DNA of 64,000 bases from Octopus vulgaris (lineage: Eukaryota): the NCBI GenBank assembly GCA_951406725.2, contig OX597823.1:87730001-87794000 (forward strand), written 5' to 3'. Below, piece by piece: positions 28,134-42,250 of this stretch (the stretch's first letter is position 1; every line of letters begins with the position of its first letter). The notes under the pieces are model-generated. The model was not told where the DNA came from and searched no databases. It saw nothing but the letters and a program-made list of their open reading frames with translations. The position numbers and the translations under genes were made by a program.

Positions 28134-28533
28134 TTTTTCTACTGTAGGCACAAAACCCGAAATATTTTGGTGGGAGGGCGCCAGTCGACTAGATCGACCC
28201 CAGTACGCAACTGATATTTAATTCATCGACCCCGAAAGGATGAAAGGCAAAGTCGACCTTGGCGGAATTTGAACTCAGAACGTAACGGCAGACGAAATAC
28301 CTATTTCTTTACTACCCACAAGGGGCTAAACACAGAGTGGACAAACAAGAACAGACAATGGGATTAAGTCGATTACATCGAACCCAGTGTGTAACTGGTA
28401 CTTAATTTATCTACCCAGAAAGGATGAAAGGCAAAGTCGACCTCGGCGGAATTTGAACGCAGAACGTAACGGCAGACGAAATACGGCTACGCATTTCGCC
28501 CGGCGTGCAAACGGTTCTGCCAGCTCGCCGCCC
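28134..28533 (-). mobile_element. SINE family B, dimeric
   Basis: Two gaaaggatgaaaggcaaagtcgacc units. 16-bp TSD ataagccacttaattc at 28118-28133 and 28535-28550. Confidence 0.93.
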
Positions 28534-29424
28534 TATAAGCCACTTAATTCACAGCAAAAGGAAAAGAGCTCTTTGAAAATCTGGTATTATGAAATATATT
28601 AAATTGCTACAATGAACACTGACTATATCTTGTAATACAAGAGACTGGGAAGTTCAGAAACGTTATTGGAATACAATCGGTACATTCATAATATGCTGTC
28701 TGAAAATATTTATGAGAATGACATGTAGGGGAACGTAAAGTGAAAAAGACATATCAATACTGCTTACAACGAAAACCTTTTGTCCTCAAGAAATCTTGAG
28801 TACCCGACAAAGTTCTGAAAATGATTGGTTACCTGTTGTGTAAATAGTATGCATAAAGGCATATATTTAGTGGTTAGTGTACATGTAGTTACGGTGAAGA
28901 ATATATTTAATCAACGACATCACAAGAATAATTCTCTTCCCATAAATACAGAAATATTTCTGTAAAAAAATTGAAAGAATAAAACTGATTGCAACATAGA
29001 TGGAGTGTGTTTCAGAAATGCAGAACAAAATAATCATGTGAAAAACTGTTTTGTGCTACACATAGCGGAGTAAAGCATCATCCTCAAAATTTTTAAACCT
29101 CCATGCAATCTAAATGTTAATATATCTTTACTATGTGGTGCATTTTTAGTTAAAGCGCTACGCAGTCACTCATTCTATTAAACGAAGACTTCGACTTTTT
29201 GGTCATATCAGATTCTATAATTACCCCTGCAATGATAACCTCATAATTACAGTATTCTGTTGCCTGCACTAATTGTGGCTTTCATTTGGACTTTTGCTTA
29301 TTCTCTTCGAGAGGAATATCTTCGTTCTAACAATATTTACACGCAATGTGATACATTATGTTCTTGAAATTTTTGTGCGCAAGAGATGATGGTATTTAGG
29401 TAAAATGGTATACATATAAGTTAA

Positions 29425-29485
<61 letters not shown>

Positions 29486-29618
29486 TCCTGCCTAAATAAT
29501 GGATCTACAAATGCAATAACCCTGCATATCTCACATCACATCTATTTTCATTCCTCAACTTCACTCTCTATTTTATATCTTATCTAAAATAACTATTGCT
29601 TAACCATATTCTCACACC

Positions 29619-29665
29619 GTCTACAATGAAGGGATATAAAAATATCCCGGAAACAGCTGTAAGAC
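29619..29665 (+). ncRNA. Degenerate minimal hammerhead motif in a TA-flanked segment (29483-29880)
   Basis: gtct-acaATGA-a-gggatat(aaaa)atatccc-g-GAAA-cagctg-TA-agac. All three stems and the palindromic stem III are present, but CUG is replaced by ACA. Confidence 0.65.
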
Positions 29666-29879
29666 ATATTTATAAATGTTCTAAAATCTTCACAACTCAT
29701 TGTTTATCTCATTCTGGAAAAAGTTAATTTTTATAAATACACATGCTGATATTTCACCTACGTTGGACTCTTTATTCACATAATCACCGAACCTGAAGCT
29801 TAACTATGATCTGTCCATAGCACTTACTCAGCATCGCCTGACACATTTGGGTCTTATTGACACCATTACCTCTCATAAC

Positions 29880-29945
<66 letters not shown>

Positions 29946-29974
29946 ATGCATGTTTGTATGTGTGTGTGTGTAAT

Positions 29975-30140
29975 TACAAGTAGATTGTTGGCGATCTGTT
30001 TCCTCCGTCTTCCTTTTCTCTTGGACTTTCCTCTGTCTCCTGTTTCTGGAGAAAAGCTTTGCTCTAAGTGTAAAAGATTCAAACGCTCTTACTTTCTTTC
30101 CCCGAGCGTTTTTGGTTATTGCTTTTTTTTTTCTTTGGAG
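29975..30140 (+). mobile_element. Solo PLE pLTR-like fragment with a decayed hammerhead
   Basis: ttt-ctggaga-aaagc-ttt-gctc-taag-tg-ta-aaa...ccgagcgt resembles the reverse complement of 33270-33335 at the end of the PLE. Confidence 0.5.
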
Positions 30141-32887
30141 AGAGGATTAATTATATATATATATATATATGTTTAAATCTGACCTGTTGCACGTGATATA
30201 CATATGAAAATAATTGCAATCATAAAATTTAATAATTCAAATTAAATTAACGAAATATTTGATGTGAAAATATTACGAACATACAAATAGTAATTAATGA
30301 TATTTCTCAAAACTATAAGACTAACGTACAAACGTGCAACACTATAAATATTGTGGTAAAAACATTGAACGCATGCTTAAATATGGTGAAATATAGAACA
30401 CATTGTCCAAAAGAAAATTGGACGCCGCATGTAATGAAATTAGTGAGAGATAAATTTCTAGTTCCTAATAGAAAACTCTATAGTAACACAAAAGATCTTT
30501 GGAAAATAAAATCTTCAGTGATATTAAAAGGGATGACAAAAAGAATGTTAAAAGAAAAAATATTCGAAAGACAAATATGAAGTGTATCATACTAACAGTA
30601 AAATATATATAAATCATAATAGCGGTAGAAAATATATAAAGTAAATCTATTTTATCGAAATTCATTTCTTCTAATTCGTCACATATTTTAGCAAATATAT
30701 TTACGTCTTTATGACTATCTCAACTATAAAATTATAAGATTTCTCCCAGTCAAAGAACCACATACTGGAGTAGATAGACAGTCAAAGATATAAAACTATA
30801 TCATTTTACATGAAGTCGTTGAAGTCTTGTGATAGTTGTCAGCATTTACCAGAATATATTTCAATCACAATCTGTGATACTTGGGCAACTCTGCGCTTTG
30901 ATGAATATTCTACGTAATGCGAAATGTCAGATCCCTATGAATTTATAAGACACATTTAGTATGAAATGAAAAATACTATGTTTGGGTTTGTAGAGAAATG
31001 ATATATTGACTTTATTTTAACGTGCTATAAATGGAATACATGTGATCGACTTGGGAGACACGTTATTATCACCTTCAGAAATATCAGCCTAAAAAACTAT
31101 TAGCAAATACATAGATTTCTCAAACTGATAATGGTATAGTAAATACAAGACAAAATAATATGTTGTAATATATATTACCCCATCGTATGCTAAATAAAAC
31201 ATAATAATTCATTGCCTTCAAAGGTGAAGCCAAATATAAGCATAACGCTCTGCAATCCAGTAGTTAGTAATACGAAATGTAATCTCACATGAGGTGTATA
31301 CAAAATAAAATAAGCTGCTTTTGTTAGATTTATAAGTCCGGCGGCGTGGATTCAACTGAGGAGGCACACAAGTTCGAATCACAGCAGAGTTCTGAAGTTC
31401 CCTTACGCTGGTGAATAACGTGTGTTAGGGGCTCATGTCGTCTAAAATCAGGAGGTGTTCACCATAGAGGAAAAATAACAGTGATCACCATATTCAAATT
31501 CGAATATGCGAAAAAGTATTAAGAATAAGCATGCGTGGCAACGCAATATATTGTGGATCACATCACCTTCAGCTTTATAGTTTAAGTCTAATTCTAATGT
31601 TACTAAATCTTCCATATTTTGCTAAATAAACATTTCATAATCAACTACATATACATAAATTTCTTCAACATAATCTACTTAAGAGAAGTTAGAATTGTTA
31701 TATCAACGCTCAAAGCAAATCTATTAAATGAAGCAAACAGTAGATGTAGAATTATAGACGCTTGTCTCCTCAAGATATCCTGTAATAAACATTGAAGCAA
31801 ATATAAATGAAGCAAAAATATTCTGTGCTAATCCAATCCTGATCAACGAGTGTAAAATATATCGGAAAGATAGTGGTAAATTCTAAACTGCAATATTTCA
31901 ATCACATCAAAAGTATTCTCTCATATCTTGCGTTGGATTGAACATGTTTCTTATTTAAATATAAAGTGGAAGATTCTCAAGAGACATCAACCATATATAA
32001 AGTGGAGACACTATTTCAAATTTGCATAGCTTAGAAATGTGTAATGCTCAAAAACTTTGAACAGTAAGTTATCTAGAAGTCATTGCCGCAAACGTCCGTA
32101 AATATCGCTCTTTCGTCCAGTAATTACTGAACCACTAGAAAATCACACCGTCCACTGAATGAATATAACATGCTTATATATCTAGAAGGAATATCCCAAC
32201 ACCTCTTATATTTCTCACTTTCTAGCTTAATCCATCACATTTATGTATTCAATGATAATATTATATTTCATAAGTAAGCACTTTACGAAATATACAAGTT
32301 CTATAGTTCCATGCACGTTTGCTGAATAAGGATTAGAACAAAACGAAGAATATTGTCAACACCGAATGGCAATTAAAAGATAGTTTTAAGCTCTGGAGAC
32401 AATACTATAGTCGTGATAGGATTTTTTCAGTCATACAAGTTTCCCAAGACCTTTCCAGAGGCTCGTTTTTTTTTTTTTTGCTTTCTAAAATATATTATAT
32501 TCTTATAAAATATAAGCAATACGCCTAATATATTGCATTATGTCCTTCGGTCTCCAGTCACTGAATATCAAATTAAAATACCGCATCTCTTACTTATATA
32601 ATACAGATATGTTATACATCATAACATAGATATACATCATAACATAGATGTATATCGCCTTCACATTTACCTAAACAAACTACAATAGAAAATATATAAG
32701 AAATTTTAGAAAGAATGTCAGAATTCGAACGACGGTGGGTTGAATGAGCAGTGACTGAAATGGATATTACAATGTGCTATATGATAGTAATACACGCACA
32801 CATACACACACACAAGCAAACATACACATACACACATATACATACATATGTATGTATATATATATCTGTGTGTGTATATCTATCTAC

Positions 32888-33003
<116 letters not shown>

Positions 33004-33073
33004 CACCAAAAATATACATTAAAAGTATATATGTGTGTAAGGTAAAAATCATATATATATATATATAGTTGAA

Positions 33074-35075
<2,002 letters not shown>

Positions 35076-35298
35076 AATGGCTTAATGTGAACAATAATTT
35101 TGGCGTGATCTTCCCATCAAAATAAAATATTATTAATCATAGACAACTGGAAAAACACTTTTCAAGATCCACACAAGGTAGTCATAACATTTCATCAGAT
35201 ACAGTTATATATTTAAGAGATGAGAAATTATGTACATTATTTACATTATTTTCATTATTTACATTTGACGGATATTTGTCCTCATCTTCTTTGTTGTT

Positions 35299-35343
35299 AA
35301 CTCAGCTTTTCGGCTGGTATACCGTCCAGCCTTCATCAGGTGT
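35299..35343 (-). ncRNA. Hammerhead motif with intact CUGAUGA/GAAA and a decayed cleavage side
   Basis: Minus strand: acac-CTGATGA-a-ggctg(gacggtatac)cagcc-GAAA-agctgagtt. Confidence 0.6.
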
Positions 35344-36020
35344 CTTGGGGAAATTTCGAACCTGGGTTCTCATTTCTAAGGTATTTTTCGATGGAGGTAT
35401 GCGAGTTGATGGAAATGTTAGTGTCGCAAACAATGCCACGAGTGTTTTTCACTGTTTTCTCTTTCCTTGGTTCAAATCCTACTCTGATCAATTTTGTCTT
35501 TCATCCCTTCAGGGCAGAGAAAATATAATTCTAGTAATCTCCAGGGACGATGACATCACATTGCCCAATTTCATCAAAATCGCCGGCTTAACGCCTAAAT
35601 GTAAGATATTTAATTTACATACTAAGGTTTGCTCATTGTTAACCACATGGAAAATTACAGATATGAATATTTTTGTTGTTAGTTATTTTTATATTGATTC
35701 CGTTGAATCAAACATGAAGTGGAACTCTTTTACAGGCAGGAAAATATGTTTTATCGTTTTGTAAAACATCAGATAGATCCCGAATAAGTGCTAAATTCGA
35801 TTTGATCAACGATATATTCTCCTATAACAACTGGTTTTTAACCGGTCAAGAAATATTTAATTTTGTGTGACTCATAAGAGATACCGGAGAGTGTTTTGAT
35901 ATTTAGCAAAATCCCTTTCTATTTTCTGTTTAAATTCATCCTGTCGAGATAGATCCTAATGTTCATAGCTTAATGATTTATAAAATGAAATATCATACAA
36001 AACCATGGTTCCGTATAAAC

Positions 36021-36180
36021 CAGTGCTTCGCAACTGGTATGCCACTGCACATAGGTGTTTCACGAGACGGTACTTGGTGTGCCGCAGCGTAATCTCGATA
36101 TAATTTTTTCCCTTATACCTTCAGGAGTGCCGCTGAATTTTGTAAAGTATATAAATTTACCACAAGTGAAAAAAAGGGTT
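36021..36180 (+). mobile_element. hAT MITE copy within a local duplication, right end disrupted
   Basis: Similar to 36404-36523; preceded by gtataaac. Confidence 0.6.
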
Positions 36181-36210
36181 TCATTTGTAAGGTATTTTTC
36201 GATGTTGTTG

Positions 36211-36267
<57 letters not shown>

Positions 36268-36271
36268 TTAT

Positions 36272-36304
<33 letters not shown>

Positions 36305-36403
36305 TATTATTATTATTATTATCCTGTTGAGAAAGATCTTAATTTTCATAGCTTAAGGATTTATAAGATGAAATATCATACAAAAACATGGTTCCGTCTA
36401 AAC

Positions 36404-36523
36404 CAGTGCTCCGCAACAGGTATGCTGCGGCACAGTGGCGTTTCACGAGACGGTACTGGGTGTGTCGCAGTGTAACCTCGATACAAGTATGTCACAAGTG
36501 AAAAAAAAGATTGCAGAGCACAG
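36404..36523. mobile_element. hAT-type MITE
   Basis: Imperfect TIRs cagtgctccgcaa / ttgcagagcacag with an 8-bp TSD gtctaaac at 36396-36403 and 36524-36531. Confidence 0.85.
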
Positions 36524-37287
36524 GTCTAAACGACACTAAACCCTTCCACTCAAATATATGACAGAAAAAGAAATTTCGTGATTATTGTCACAATGGTACA
36601 ATGCTTATATATGATGATAAATCTTGGCTACAATGAGCAAAAGTATCAGAATTATATAACAGCGAATGGAACATTTGCCTAAGACTTTTCTCACCGTGAG
36701 CTTACTTATGGCACTCCACCAGCTGTGCATATATAATATACTGGATAATATAATTCATAGCAATGTCTATTTAACGTAGATAACTATTCTATTATTGCAA
36801 TATCTGTGGCATAAATAATGCATACTAAAATTTTCTGTACATACAGCATTATCAATTACATTGGTATACTTTTTTCGTATTTTTCTACTTAATGGTAACC
36901 ATAAACAGTTTAAGAGTCTTTGGAAACATCGCAAATCTCGTAAAATAAATAAATCACTATAGAATATATTTAAACATTTAGAGAAATAATATATTTAATA
37001 CATTACCAAGATTAGCCCTAACATAAATTTATTACAACTATTGTTTTTGTTATATTTTTGTCAAGAATACAGACAGAACTTGCACAATAAACATTGCTGT
37101 TCTGGGACAGTTTTATCTCGACAATTAACAATGGCAACATCAAGAACAACAGCAACAACAATATTAATAATAACAATAACACTTACAATAAATTAGCTTT
37201 CGTTCATAGTCACAGAACGGTAGTAATAATGATATTAATATCATCACATCTCATAAATACAAAAATAGAACCAACACCATGTATGTT

Positions 37288-37340
<53 letters not shown>

Positions 37341-38324
37341 ATGTATATGTATTTACGTGTGTGTGTGTATTTCCGTGTATTTGTTAATATGTATATAATC
37401 AAATATGTACGCACGCGCGTACACCCAATTCACTCCAACTTTATCTAATTATATTGTTATTTATTCACTCAACACGTTTATTGGTTTTTAGTTATTTATG
37501 AAAATGCGTTTTCTATGTCTTTTTCTCTCTTGATAATATATTAATATACTGAAATCGACTTTATAATCTCTTAGAATTACAGCCTGCATTAATTCGAGTT
37601 ATTAAATGCGTACTACAGTGTTATGAGAGCTTTACGCCGTGAGGACTATTCTCACAATGATGATATTTGTACAGACCATCCGAAATATTAACAAATAACT
37701 ATTGCAATTGTATTTGTAATTTTATCACTTAACGCAAGCACAGATGTGATCAATTTTAAATGTCACCCTTGACGACAGTTTTAATATTACTGAAACTTTC
37801 CTTGCTTCCGTGCAGGATTACAAGCAGTGTAAAACAAAAATAAAATTAGTTGCAAACTTAACTACAGTGTTTTTAATAATTTAAATAGTCCATCATTAAT
37901 TCAGCCTATTATAATATTTATAACTATTTAAATAAACTAACATGTTTGCACAAAAGTTTTCGGGAGTACAACTAATGGGAGACAAGAAGCAGAATTGGAT
38001 GCTAGAATTTCAGGCATTAACACTGTAATTAACTAACTCCAGCATTCAGTCTTCAGGAGCGGAGAGGTTCTTAAAATGCCAAATTTCATATCTTCATTTC
38101 GGTCCTCATCTCTATCATTACTTATGGTAACTAATGTCATAAAATTACTGAAAAAGTTCGATCACGAAAACAAGCGGATCAAATAGGTGTTTTAAGGGGG
38201 ATTTCGAGAATACATTTTACTTGGTAAGCTGCTTAGCTTTAAGTTACGAGAGTCTCTTCAGGTTGAGCTGATAGTTCCCTGCATTGAGAGGTCAAAACCC
38301 TGGTAGTACGGGAATGGAGTATTC

Positions 38325-38568
38325 TCTTTACTTGATTCAGTCATTTGACTGCGGCCATGCTGGAGCACCGCCTTTAAGCGAGCAAATCGCCCCCAGGACT
38401 TATTCTATCGGTCTCGTTTGCCGAACCGCTAATTACGGGAACCTAAACACCCAGCATCGATTATCAAGCGATATTGGGGCGGGGGGACAAACACAGATAC
38501 ACACACACGCTCACACACACACACAAACACACACACACACACATATATATATATGTATATATATATAT
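38325..38568 (-). mobile_element. SINE family A, 3' half
   Basis: cagtcatttgactgcggccatgctggagcaccgcc. Confidence 0.88.
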
Positions 38569-38618
38569 ATGAAGAATCTGTCAGGCGATCGTTACCTGAA
38601 ATATTCTCACTCCTTATA

Positions 38619-38756
38619 GTCGCAGTAGTGGCTGTGGGGTAAGAAGCTTGCTTATCAACCACATGGTTCCGAGTTCAGTCCCACTGCGTGGCACCTTGGT
38701 AAAATGTTTTCTACTATAGCTACGGTTCGGCCAAAACCATGTGAGAGGATTTGGTT
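38619..38756 (+). mobile_element. SINE family A head, part of an inverted duplication
   Basis: Near-identical to the reverse complement of 39106-39244. Confidence 0.88.
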
Positions 38757-38847
38757 ATATATATAACAATTGCAGCGTGGAAGGTGTTTATAAGCCATTT
38801 AAGAAACACACAAAAGCCGTTCGATTCACTCCAACATTTAAGTTTAA

Positions 38848-38897
38848 TTTGTCAAAATATTTTCGTCGCTAAAATCCGCGACCTGTTCACTGACAAA
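38848..38897 (-). ncRNA. Minimal type-I hammerhead ribozyme with a G3:C8 core variant
   Basis: Minus strand: tttgtca-GTGAACA-g-gtcgc(ggatttta)gcgac-GAAA-atat-TT-tgacaaa. 7-bp stem I, 5-bp stem II, palindromic AATATT. Confidence 0.75.
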
Positions 38898-38969
38898 GTC
38901 CGTGCTGCATTGTTTTCGTTTCAGCACACGATCTCAGATCAAATTACTTGCTATGCGAGTACATCTCCG

Positions 38970-39244
<275 letters not shown>

Positions 39245-40704
39245 ATAAGGAGTGAGAATATTTCAGGTAACGATCACGTGACAGATTCTTCAAGCGGTAG
39301 TCAACCGAAAGTAGATCTAAGGTTAGATATAGAATGCTATGGTCTCACGATATCTATATTCATAGTTGGTCACACTTGAAAATTCAATTGGAAATTGTAA
39401 TTATGATTGGTTTTGATTGAGTCCTTGCAGAAGAGTTAGTGGACGCTCTCTTCACGACCCCCCAAGGTATATTGTTCGGAGAAAATGGAAAAATAGATGA
39501 CCTGCCGCAAGATTTCGAAGAAAGTTTCTGAAACAGAGTCGTATATCCAATAGTTTGCTGTTTCTATGTTCAACTTGATTTCTGTTAGCCTATCATTCAG
39601 AAAAAGGGAAGTCTTACAGAAAATTCAAGGAAATTGGCGCTTATAAAAGGATAAGAGTTGTAGCAACTTCCCGAATGTTAGCAGTCATAGACATGATTTT
39701 GTGGTGATATAGTTCACCTCACAGCCGCATGGATTCGTGTTCATTCACACTCGGCACCTTTAACAAGCATTTTCTACTGCAGATCCTGGACAGCTAATGC
39801 ATTTCAGTAAAATTGATGGACGGAAAACGCGGAGGATTTGTTGAATACGTACACCAGGCACTCTCACGCACACACATTCACAAGGACTCATACCTGCTTG
39901 TCTGTTAGTGTGTGTGTGTGTGTGTGTGCGCACGTTTTATAGTCTTTCTTCCTCTACCAATTCGCAACGAAGTTGGCTTGTTTATATCACTGCAGAACGT
40001 TCGGCACAAACCAAATACCAAAGGGCAAAAAAAAAAAACAAAAAAACTCAAGTACACACTAGAACGAATTTATTCGACTAACTCCTTCAAAAGCTTGTCA
40101 CACCATCGTATTTCAGCGACTAATAGCACTAAGAGAATAAAATAATGAACTATAAAAGACTATACATAATTCATATTGATACATCCTCAGGGTCTTTTCC
40201 TTTCAAATACATGACGCTGTTTCATAAAACTAATTGAATTTGAATGATATTTCAAGTACACATATATGAAGTAGAGTTTCTCTAAATTGATTCATTGTCT
40301 ATTTATTGCCGTATTATTTCTATATATTCGTTTGTGTCTTGTCTTTTGTTTTATATTGGACGTAAATATGTATATCTAAGATAAATGCTTCGCTTCGCTT
40401 TCCTTATCTGAAAATGGTTATTAGTGAATCTCTCTTTAATTGCAGAAATTTTGCTCCAAGATCAGAAACCTAAAACGCGGAATTGCATAGTTTGAATTAA
40501 TAGTTTTAATTATATATACATACTTACACACACATACACACACACCCAAACACACTGCCATACACGCACGCACACACACTCACACACACACACGGACTTG
40601 CGTATCTATGAGCATAGAAATCTATGTATTGGTTTGTCTGTTTACATATGTATGCACAGACGTATATCTACCCACAAGAATAAAGAGTGTATGTGCGTGT
40701 GTTT

Positions 40705-40738
<34 letters not shown>

Positions 40739-40739
40739 T

Positions 40740-40783
<44 letters not shown>

Positions 40784-40965
40784 ACTTACAGACAGACAGA
40801 CATACAGACTGGAGTATGATAGTCTGAGAAACAGACAGAAATCTTATAACGAAATTTATCAAATTTTTTTTAAGCTTGCAGGAAAAATATTTTCTATACG
40901 TCATATTTAATACTTCTCTTTTTTTTTTGGCGAAGCTCAACATTTTCACCAATCGTCCATCGCAA

Positions 40966-40996
<31 letters not shown>

Positions 40997-41186
40997 GCAA
41001 CAACATCAACAGCGATCATTATCATCATCATCATCATACAATATTCGAAGAAACACAAACAGCATCAACAACTGTGTGAAAAACTGCTTATCTTCATCTT
41101 ACTTTTTCAAATAAGAGAATATTAGTAATACTAAGATTTTTATTACTAAGAGTGGACAGTGTACTAGCTACGTTTTATTATTATTA

Positions 41187-41263
<77 letters not shown>

Positions 41264-41266
<3 letters not shown>

Positions 41267-42219
41267 TAGTTTTATTTTTATAGCGTGCTTTCACTTCACC
41301 ACCGAGCGCAGCTCTGTGTGCCTTGGGTATGTGCTGTGATTTGTTGTGAAGCTCTGATGGTTATTGTATGGAAAGTGTTCTGCGTAGGATGTGTGCAGTG
41401 CCTAGTAGTGCAATTTTCTGTATGTTATATGTGTTTGTAAGTCCTGGTGTTTTTGTTATGTATTTGTCTGAATATTTTTTATCATGCCTAATGCACCTCC
41501 TATGATAGTAATTGTTTCTGTTTAAAGATTCCACATTCTAGTTACCTCTATTTCCAGGTCTTTATATTTTGAGAGTTTCTCCATTTCTTTTAGAGACACG
41601 TTGTCATCTGCCGGTATTGATACATCAATTAGAAAGCATTTTTTTTCTTCACGTCTCTGACAACTATATCTGGTCTGTTGTCCTTAATTTCTCTATCTGT
41701 GTGCATCATACTCTGGGCTATTGGCATATCCCAGACTATGATTGCTTTCTCTTTTCTGTGACCTTTTCTGGTGTGTGCCTATACCATCTTTTTTCTGTTG
41801 TTATTCCATAATGTTGACATAGCTTCCAATGTATGTAGGTTCCAACTCTGTCATGTCTGTGAATATATTCCTTCTTAGCCAGGACTGGACAGCTAGAGAT
41901 AATATGATTCATTGTTTCTTGTCCATCTCCACATATTCTGCAGTTACTTGTTATATTTCTTTTCATTACCTGTTTTTGGTAATTTCTGGTGGGGAGGCTT
42001 TGGTCTTGAGCTGCAATTAAAAATCCCTCTGTCTCTGCTTTGAGTCCTGAGCTTCTCAACAATTGCTGGGATTTTTCTTTGTCTATTTCTTTTGCGTTTA
42101 GTTTAGTCCAGTATTTACCATGAAGGGGCTTTTCTTGCCATCGTTTTGTCATGGTTCGTTGCTGTTCTATTTTTAGTTTGGATTTCATTTGTTTTATAGC
42201 TTTTGTTGTTTCTTCATCC

Positions 42220-42250
<31 letters not shown>

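Noticed and set aside
31339-31385. A/B-box-like sequence (ggcggcgtgg...gttcgaatc)
   Set aside because: Too short and degenerate to assign as a tRNA or SINE.
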